NCBI GenBank assembly: GCA_012862495.1
Contig: BLSG01000297.1
Span: 1 to 36,952, forward strand
Reading direction: 5' to 3'
Length of the DNA: 36,952 nucleotides
Origin: Thraustochytrium aureum
Taxonomy: Eukaryota
Positions 30,166 through 36,952 of this stretch are shown in pieces (position 1 is the stretch's first letter; the number at the start of each line of letters is the position of its first letter). The translations under genes were made by a program, and so were the position numbers. The notes below the pieces were generated by a model. That model was not told where the DNA came from and did no database searches. It was given only the letters and a program-made list of their open reading frames with translations.

Positions 30166-31410
30166 ATGGAGTTCACGACGGCGGCGCACAAGGCAATGGC
30201 AAAGCATGCCGCGCTGACGACCGGATCGCCCGAAGACTTTGAGCGTGTCAATGTAGGCGTGATGGGCACTGCAAACATCGCCAGGAAGAACTGTCTTGGG
30301 ATCAAGCAAGTGCGTGGGGTCAAGGTCGTCGCTGTGGCCTCGCGCGATTCGGTCAAGGCGGCGAGCTTCGCAAAAGAGTTTGGTATCGAGCGGTCATACG
30401 GGTCGTATTGCGAGCTTCTGGAAGACGAGGAAATCGACGCGGTCTACGTCCCGCTGCCAACGTCCCTGCACGCCGAGTGGGTGGTCAAGGCAGCCAACGC
30501 TGGCAAGCACGTCCTCTGCGAAAAGCCCTGCGCACTCACGAGCAAGGAGCTGTCGGCCATCCTCGAGGCGTGTTCCAAAAATGACGTCTTCTTCATGGAC
30601 GCCGTCATGTTTATGCATCACGTGCGCCTCTCGCTGATTTGCCAAGACCTCGACAGCGGCAAGTTTGGCGAGCACGGGCCGACGCACCTGAGCTCAATGT
30701 TTTCCTTTCCTGGCGACGAGACGTTTTTCAAGTCCAACATCCGGACGAGGCCGGACTTGGACGCCCTCGGGTGCGTAGGGGACCTCGGGTGGTACAGTAT
30801 ACGACTCGCCCTTTTTGCGTTTGGCTGGGAACTGCCGGACAGCGCTTCCGGTGTCATTCACGTGGAGCGCGATGGCGTGCCGATGGACTTTACCGGAACG
30901 CTGACGTGGCGGTCGGCGCGCAGCGAAAGCGAGGTCGAGGCCTCCGCGAACAAGGCACAGACCACCCTGGGCGGCTTGCCACTCGTTCGTACCTCCACCT
31001 TTCACTGCAGCTTTTTGCATGCCAACCAGCAGTGGGCGGTCTTCAGTGGGGAGAAGGGAACGCTCATGCTTGACGACTTTGTAATCCCGCGCAGCACAGA
31101 GCAAGCGTTTTGGGTTGACGAGACACGGGTCCACTACGAAATGACGGAGAGCGGGACGCGCACCGCGAGCCAGAAGAAGACGTTCAAGTCTGGCGAGTGC
31201 AGGCAGGAGAGCCAAATGTGGGGCAACTTTCGAAACTGCGTCAACGCCTGCAAGAACGGAGCATCGCTACACTTTTGGCCTGGCCTTTCGCTAGCCACGC
31301 AACTCTGCGTGGACGCTGCCCTCGCCTCTGCGCGCGCTGGCGGTGCCGAGCAGCAGGTCGACCCTGACGGCCTCATGGAAGCCTTTGCTGCCCACTCTGC
31401 CGCACCCTGA
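30166..31410 (+). CDS. Gfo/Idh/MocA family NAD(P)-dependent oxidoreductase
   Basis: VGVMGTANIARK, VAVASRD...A..FA, YGSYCELLEDEEIDAVYVPLPTSLHAEW, AGKHVLCEKP, FMHHVR, LGCVGDLGWY. Confidence 0.95.
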   Translation: MEFTTAAHKAMAKHAALTTGSPEDFERVNVGVMGTANIARKNCLGIKQVRGVKVVAVASRDSVKAASFAKEFGIERSYGSYCELLEDEEIDAVYVPLPTSLHAEWVVKAANAGKHVLCEKPCALTSKELSAILEACSKNDVFFMDAVMFMHHVRLSLICQDLDSGKFGEHGPTHLSSMFSFPGDETFFKSNIRTRPDLDALGCVGDLGWYSIRLALFAFGWELPDSASGVIHVERDGVPMDFTGTLTWRSARSESEVEASANKAQTTLGGLPLVRTSTFHCSFLHANQQWAVFSGEKGTLMLDDFVIPRSTEQAFWVDETRVHYEMTESGTRTASQKKTFKSGECRQESQMWGNFRNCVNACKNGASLHFWPGLSLATQLCVDAALASARAGGAEQQVDPDGLMEAFAAHSAAP

Positions 31411-31694
31411 CGGGCTCGCCCGCACGCCAGCGAGCGAGTTGCAGCAGCACCAACAACGTTGTAACGAGGTTGCCTGAATCTGGTGTACACCAGTGGAGCG
31501 TCAAGATTCTCCCTTGCTTTGTCCCTGAGCGTTCGGGTTTGTGCTGTCCCGGTTGAGCGCCCAGGCGCGCCGAGAGCCTGCGTGCGGTTGGCGGCCTCGG
31601 CGATCGTGCTCCTGTTATTCCTTCCAATGGGATGGAGCAGCCTTCGCGCTCCGTTCGCCCTGCGTCGTCTTCCAGCGCTCTGCGCCGACTCTGG

Positions 31695-33938
31695 TCACGC
31701 CGTGAGCACAGCGTCGCCTTGCTTGCCACCATTGACCTCCGAGACCCGCGCTTTCAAGGTCATTGAGCTCGTCTTGTGTTGGAGAGTATACTCAAGTACT
31801 TGTTGCGCTTCCTCGAGCAGTCGTACGCCTGGGATGCGCGAGTGCATGCTGTCCTGCGCAGCTATCGTTGACGCGCAGCCGCGGCTACCGATCGATGCTC
31901 TTCCGCCCGCGCGGAGGGCTGTCACTGTGAGCGCCCGGCGGGCCTGTTCAAAGGTTGGAGAAGGCGTCGGTCGAGTCTTCGTAGAGCACGGCGTCCACTG
32001 TCTCCGCCATCTCACTAGCGAGCGGCACTCTTCTCGGCGCTTTCCTCGCTGCCACACTTGCTCACGGGCGTGCTCATGAATCGTCGTGTCCGCTCTGCGC
32101 GCCCACGTGCATTCTGAGTAACTCGGGCCGAGTCCGTCCTCGACTCCTCCTGCGCACGGCCTCGAGCGCCTCCTGCGCTGCTGGCGCGCAGCTACNNNNN
32201 NNNNNNNNNNNNNNNNNNNNNNNNNNNNNNNNNNNNNNNNNNNNNNNNNNNNNNNNNNNNNNNNNNNNNNNNNNNNNNNNNNNNNNNNNNNNNNNNNNNN
32301 NNNNNNNNNNNNNNNNNNNNNNNNNNNNNNNNNNNNNNNNNNNNNNNNNNNNNNNNNNNNNNNNNNNNNNNNNNNNNNNNNNNNNNNNNNNNNNNNNNNN
32401 NNNNNNNNNNNNNNNNNNNNNNNNNNNNNNNNNNNNNNNNNNNNNNNNNNNNNNNNNNNNNNNNNNNNNNNNNNNNNNNNNNNNNNNNNNNNNNNNNNNN
32501 NNNNNNNNNNNNNNNNNNNNNNNNNNNNNNNNNNNNNNNNNNNNNNNNNNNNNNNNNNNNNNNNNNNNNNNNNNNNNNNNNNNNNNNNNNNNNNNNNNNN
32601 NNNNNNNNNNNNNNNNNNNNNNNNNNNNNNNNNNNNNNNNNNNNNNNNNNNNNNNNNNNNNNNNNNNNNNNNNNNNNNNNNNNNNNNNNNNNNNNNNNNN
32701 NNNNNNNNNNNNNNNNNNNNNNNNNNNNNNNNNNNNNNNNNNNNNNNNNNNNNNNNNNNNNNCCGTGTCGCGCAGCAATCTTTCACCGAAAGGACGCGGT
32801 CACTCAAGCTAGCCAACTTGCCGCTCGCAAGGCGGGCGAGCGCATCCATCTTGTCAGTAAGCTCGGCGGTGAACAGCGCCAGCGCCGCTCGCAGCTCGGG
32901 CTCGCGCCGGGCAAGCTCAGCCCGGGACATCTCTGCCTCGCCCTCGAGCGCGGATAGTTCAGCTGCGTGGGCTCGACTACGAGCTTCTGCCTCGGTTTGC
33001 TGCCTTTCGAGCTGGTCTGTGAGGAGCCCAACCCTGGCCTTGAGCCCTCCCACGTCGTCGCTCTCAAACGCTTCGACTTTTCGCTGGAGCTCGGTGGCGA
33101 TCGCATCTTGCTCTGCTCGAGCCTTGTGCGCTGCCCCGAGTTCTTCGAGGACCTGCCGAACGCGCTCTTGCGCAGAGTGCAGTTGCGCTGAGAGAACTTT
33201 CGTCGATTGCGTCGGGCCGCTCACGCTCTTGCGCCGACGCGCTGGGCTGGAGCTGCGCGAAGCAGTGTAGCTGCCTAGCACTTCGCCTGTGCTCAAAGAG
33301 TCCGACTTTCCGCAGTCAGCAAAGCCCCTTTGGCTGTCTGTTTTGCACACTGACGCGATTGCGGCGCCGTCGTGCGTAGATGCCTCTGACCCGTCCGAGT
33401 CTGATTCGCTCGAGCAGCCTCCAGCGTCATCTTCTGCTGTGTCTGGATATGTCGATGTTGTGGACTCTGCAGCAAGGGATGCTCGCACCCTATTCCTTCT
33501 GCTTTTTGGGGCGCTCAAGCTGTCGGGCTCGCAGTCCGTGTACTCGCCTGCACTCTCTGCCATTCTCGAGAAGAGGGTCTCTTTCAGCCCGAGAATTTCG
33601 CGCATATACCCGAGGCGTTGCTGCTCGAGCGCGCGATCGCGCGACTTTATGCACCCTTCGAGCGCATTCGCTTGCTTGCGCGCGATACGCAGCTCGCTGC
33701 GCAGGCCGAGGGCCTCCTGCCTGAGGCGCGCCATCTCGCCGTCGCGGTCCTCGGCCTCCACAAACGCAGCGAGCTCCTCCTTCACCAGCTTCCTGCACCG
33801 AGCAAGCGCATTCCACCCGCGCGCGCCCGTCGGCGCGGGCGACCGCGCCTCGCTAGGTAGTCCGGAGAGGTGCCGCCAGAGTCGTTCGAGCGTCAGGCGA
33901 GCCGCGCGGCAAGACTCCTCTGCCTCAAGCTCCAGCAT
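31695..33938 (-). CDS. Uncharacterised coiled-coil protein spanning a gap; 3' end and frame uncertain
   Basis: ATG at 33938 (MLELEAEE...). Heptad-rich segments LRQEALGLRSELRIARKQ...YMREILGLKETL and LSAQLHSAQERVRQVLEEL...LTDQLERQQ. Interrupted by gap 32196-32762. Confidence 0.65.
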   Translation of the reverse strand: MLELEAEESCRAARLTLERLWRHLSGLPSEARSPAPTGARGWNALARCRKLVKEELAAFVEAEDRDGEMARLRQEALGLRSELRIARKQANALEGCIKSRDRALEQQRLGYMREILGLKETLFSRMAESAGEYTDCEPDSLSAPKSRRNRVRASLAAESTTSTYPDTAEDDAGGCSSESDSDGSEASTHDGAAIASVCKTDSQRGFADCGKSDSLSTGEVLGSYTASRSSSPARRRKSVSGPTQSTKVLSAQLHSAQERVRQVLEELGAAHKARAEQDAIATELQRKVEAFESDDVGGLKARVGLLTDQLERQQTEAEARSRAHAAELSALEGEAEMSRAELARREPELRAALALFTAELTDKMDALARLASGKLASLSDRVLSVKDCCATRXXXXXXXXXXXXXXXXXXXXXXXXXXXXXXXXXXXXXXXXXXXXXXXXXXXXXXXXXXXXXXXXXXXXXXXXXXXXXXXXXXXXXXXXXXXXXXXXXXXXXXXXXXXXXXXXXXXXXXXXXXXXXXXXXXXXXXXXXXXXXXXXXXXXXXXXXXXXXXXXXXXXXXXXXXXXXXXXXXXXXXXXXXXXXVAARQQRRRRSRPCAGGVEDGLGPSYSECTWARRADTTIHEHAREQVWQRGKRREECRSLVRWRRQWTPCSTKTRPTPSPTFEQARRALTVTALRAGGRASIGSRGCASTIAAQDSMHSRIPGVRLLEEAQQVLEYTLQHKTSSMTLKARVSEVNGGKQGDAVLTA

Positions 33939-34627
33939 GATGCCGAGTCCTGGGGCGTTCTTCCACGGCCACCGCCGCGAGCGCAGCGCCGCGGCATCCA
34001 CGACGCCAAGCCTCGACGACGATGAACCTCGATGGCGAGTATGTTGCTCGACAACGATGTGCAAACCTCGACGATTGAAGGCGATGTACTTCACGTAGTG
34101 CGCAATGCAGTGCACTGCAAAATGCGAATCCACCGGTACTACCGGCACTACAGCCGAGTCCGAGTCCGCGTCGTTCCGCCTCACACAGCCGCGAGCCATC
34201 GGCACGACTCGGACGAAGCTCCGAGGGCCGTGGCACGAGAGACGGAAGAAGAACAAACACAGAGTTGTCAGCTACCTCCTTAATTAAAAGGAAAGAGCCG
34301 TTGGTTAAGGCGCCTTTTCTGTGCGGTATCCATGCTCTGCATGGATGGATGGATGGAATGACATTCATGACGGATGGTATGGATGCATCTGCATGCATGG
34401 ACTCCGCGAGGCCGGCAGGCGCGCAAGCGCGTAGGCAGGCTGGCTGGCAGAGCAGGTTTTTGTATGTCTATAGGGAAGCTACCTACAGACGACGGCCAAT
34501 TTGGTGCCAGGACACGCCGTTTTGGTCGCCTCGTAGGAGGCCGCGTTGGTTGGCACGCACGCGCGCTGCCAACTCGACGACGTCGACCGATCAAAGTTCT
34601 GCGGCTCGAGGATGCCGCGTTTGCGCA

Positions 34628-36952
34628 ATGTCGTCACTGGTGAAGGCAAAGCCGNNNNNNNNNNNNNNNNNNNNNNNNNNNNNNNNNNNNNNNNNNNNNN
34701 NNNNNNNNNNNNNNNNNNNNNNNNNNNNNNNNNNNNNNNNNNNNNNNNNNNNNNNNNNNNNNNNNNNNNNNNNNNNNNNNNNNNNNNNNNNNNNNNNNNN
34801 NNNNNNNNNNNNNNNNNNNNNNNNNNNNNNNNNNNNNNNNNNNNNNNNNNNNNNNNNNNNNNNNNNNNNNNNNNNNNNNNNNNNNNNNNNNNNNNNNNNN
34901 NNNNNNNNNNNNNNNNNNNNNNNNNNNNNNNNNNNNNNNNNNNNNNNNNNNNNNNNNNNNNNNNNNNNNNNNNNNNNNNNNNNNNNNNNNNNNNNNNNNN
35001 NNNNNNNNNNNNNNNNNNNNNNNNNNNNNNNNNNNNNNNNNNCGGAGTGGAAGTGGCGCTGGGCGGCGGCGAATGGTCAGCGGTCGTGCCCACTGACTCG
35101 TTGGTTTTCAGGTCCTCAAGAAGAAAAAATTGAGGATGAGTCAAAGGATCCTCGCGCTGACCGCAGCAGGTCGATGCCTGATCATTGCCGCTGAAACGAG
35201 TCCGCATAAAGCGGTGGCTGCCTCGAGGATTGCGCGGATGGACGCGACCAACGCTAGAGTCCCATTCGCGCATTCCCTGTCTGTTTCGGCAGGTGCAAGC
35301 GAACGCGCCTACGCGTGGCCGCTTGACCTTTACATCTCTAACGCGCAGGTGGCAAGTCGTGGCAGTGCCGTCTTGGCCCCGCGTACCTTTGTCTTCCGCT
35401 CAAAAGAAGACCGGCGCGCCTTCGTGGAAGCGGTACAAACGCTAACGCAGCATGGCCAGCTTCCGCGTGAACCAATCGAACTTGAGAGCGCAGCAAACAG
35501 CGAGCAAGTTCCGGCGCGGGCCCCGGACGAGGAGGAGCGGCTGTCGAAAGGCGAAACCCCAGCCAAATGGTACTTTTCACCGGCGTTGCACCGCGCAGAG
35601 GTGACCTACATGCGAGAGGAGCGGGTTTCGTTCATGCTTGGCCTTGAAGGCGGCGCCAGCCGAGCACTCTCCGGGTCGCTCTGGGTAACCAACTACCGAT
35701 TCTTCTTTGCGCCGTACCGCGCACATCGTGAGGGCAGGTCGCGCATCTTCGGTGCTCTCGTCCTACGCGATGACGGGGTGGTGCCGGGTTTTGTCCAGGT
35801 CCCTCTATGGTCCATTCAAGAAGTTCGGCTCGAGTTTCCCACTCTTGCCATCTACACGAAGGACATGCGCCATGTGGTCATTGCGTTTGACCGCTCCTCG
35901 AGCTGGCTCGAGCAGTTTCGGCAACAGCTTTTGTCCCTCCGTGATGCTGTCGCGTTGCGCTTTGCTTTGGCGCATTGCGAGGCAGAAGCTCGAGCTCGCA
36001 CTGCGCCAGCACACTCGGAAAGTGTGACAGACTGGGTGCCGAATCATCTTGCACCTCGCGATGGATGCGCCGGGCCCACCGAGCACCCCGCAGAACCGGC
36101 CTCCTCACAATCGCCAGCTGCACCCGAGCTCAAGACTGCCTCGGCGGTAGGCATTTCTGTGGCGACGGAGCATGCGCGAAAAGAGCCTGATTCAGCGGTT
36201 GGGGCGAGTCGAGCTGACCCCAATGCGAGGCTTCAAATCCGATTGTGCGAAGACTCCCAGCAAGCGGGCGCTTCAACAAGCTACGACGGGTGGACGCAGT
36301 GCTACAACCCGCACGAGGAGTTTGCCAAGTTTGAACAAGCTGCGAAAGCGGCGCAACAGGGCGCGGCGTCGGCGATCAAGCTCCGGCTGTTGGACCAGAC
36401 ACCCACGTACACTACCTGCGCGACTTATCCGCGGTGGATCGTCGTGCCTGCTTCCTTGGATGACGCCATGGTTCGTCGCGCAGCCGCGCACCGAAGCAGC
36501 AACCGGCTACCGGCCGTTCGCTGGATTCACCCGGCGCACGGGGGGGTTCTTTGCCGCAGCAGCCAGCCGTTGGCCGGCCTCGTCAATCACCGCTCCAAGT
36601 TGGATGAGGAGCTGCTAGCCGCTCTTGGACGTGGGTCCCGCGCAGACAAGTTGTTCATCGTCGACGCCCGGGGCCGCCCCGCCGTGATCGGAAACACGCT
36701 TCAAGGCAAGGGGCTTGAAAAGGCCAAGTGCTACCACAACGCAAGCGTAGAGCTGTGCCAGATCGGCAACATTCACACGATGCGATCAAGCCTCATGTCG
36801 CTCATGGGCGCACTTGAGGAGGCCAGCGACGCGCGGTTCTTCGAAAAACTGAGCAGCTCGTCGTGGTTCAGCCACATCGGCGCGATCCTCTCTGCAGCCG
36901 AACGCGTCGCGCAAATCCTGCATGTGGAGCGGAGTAGCGTACTCGTGCACTG
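34628..36952 (+). CDS. Myotubularin-family phosphoinositide 3-phosphatase (partial; runs off the window). Not in the ORF track
   Basis: Frame open from 35097 to 36952: GSLWVTNYRFFFAP (PH-GRAM), GWTQCYNPHEEF, CATYPRWIVVP, RSSNRLPAVRWIH, LCRSSQPLAG, IVDARG, IGNIHTMRSSL, WFSHIGAIL, ending at SVLVHC where the CX5R catalytic loop begins. The 5' start at ATG 34628, before the gap, and a 1-nt slip at 35105-35108 are tentative; an in-frame ATG also exists at 35136. Confidence 0.92.

Noticed and set aside
5072..35273. Long ORFs made mostly of X in the ORF track
   Set aside because: They are artefacts of translating through N-gaps.

Overview
GC-rich, gene-dense, apparently intron-poor eukaryotic scaffold with nine N-gaps. 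Gene content (BOP1, UFD1-like, CSN8, PIH1D2-like, myotubularin, stramenopile-type KIX domain) suggests a protist, possibly a thraustochytrid/labyrinthulomycete; this is inference. About 14 reasonably supported protein-coding genes plus a few gap-truncated fragments are visible. Seven genes are broken by about ten 1-nt indels, nearly all at homopolymer runs, which are best explained as sequencing errors, so the ORF track splits or mis-terminates them. The main findings are: (1) a cytochrome P450 fused in frame to a C-terminal cytochrome b5 heme domain; (2) a protein joining a KIX-like coactivator domain to a divergent PP2A B56-like domain; (3) an RFxV-motif coiled-coil protein resembling the tail of FRAY/OSR1-type STE20 kinases; (4) a 131-bp higher-order minisatellite in a divergent promoter, plus several motif clusters in other intergenic regions. 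No rRNA, tRNA, CRISPR array or intact transposon was recognised. All family calls come from motif recognition by eye; no database searches were run.
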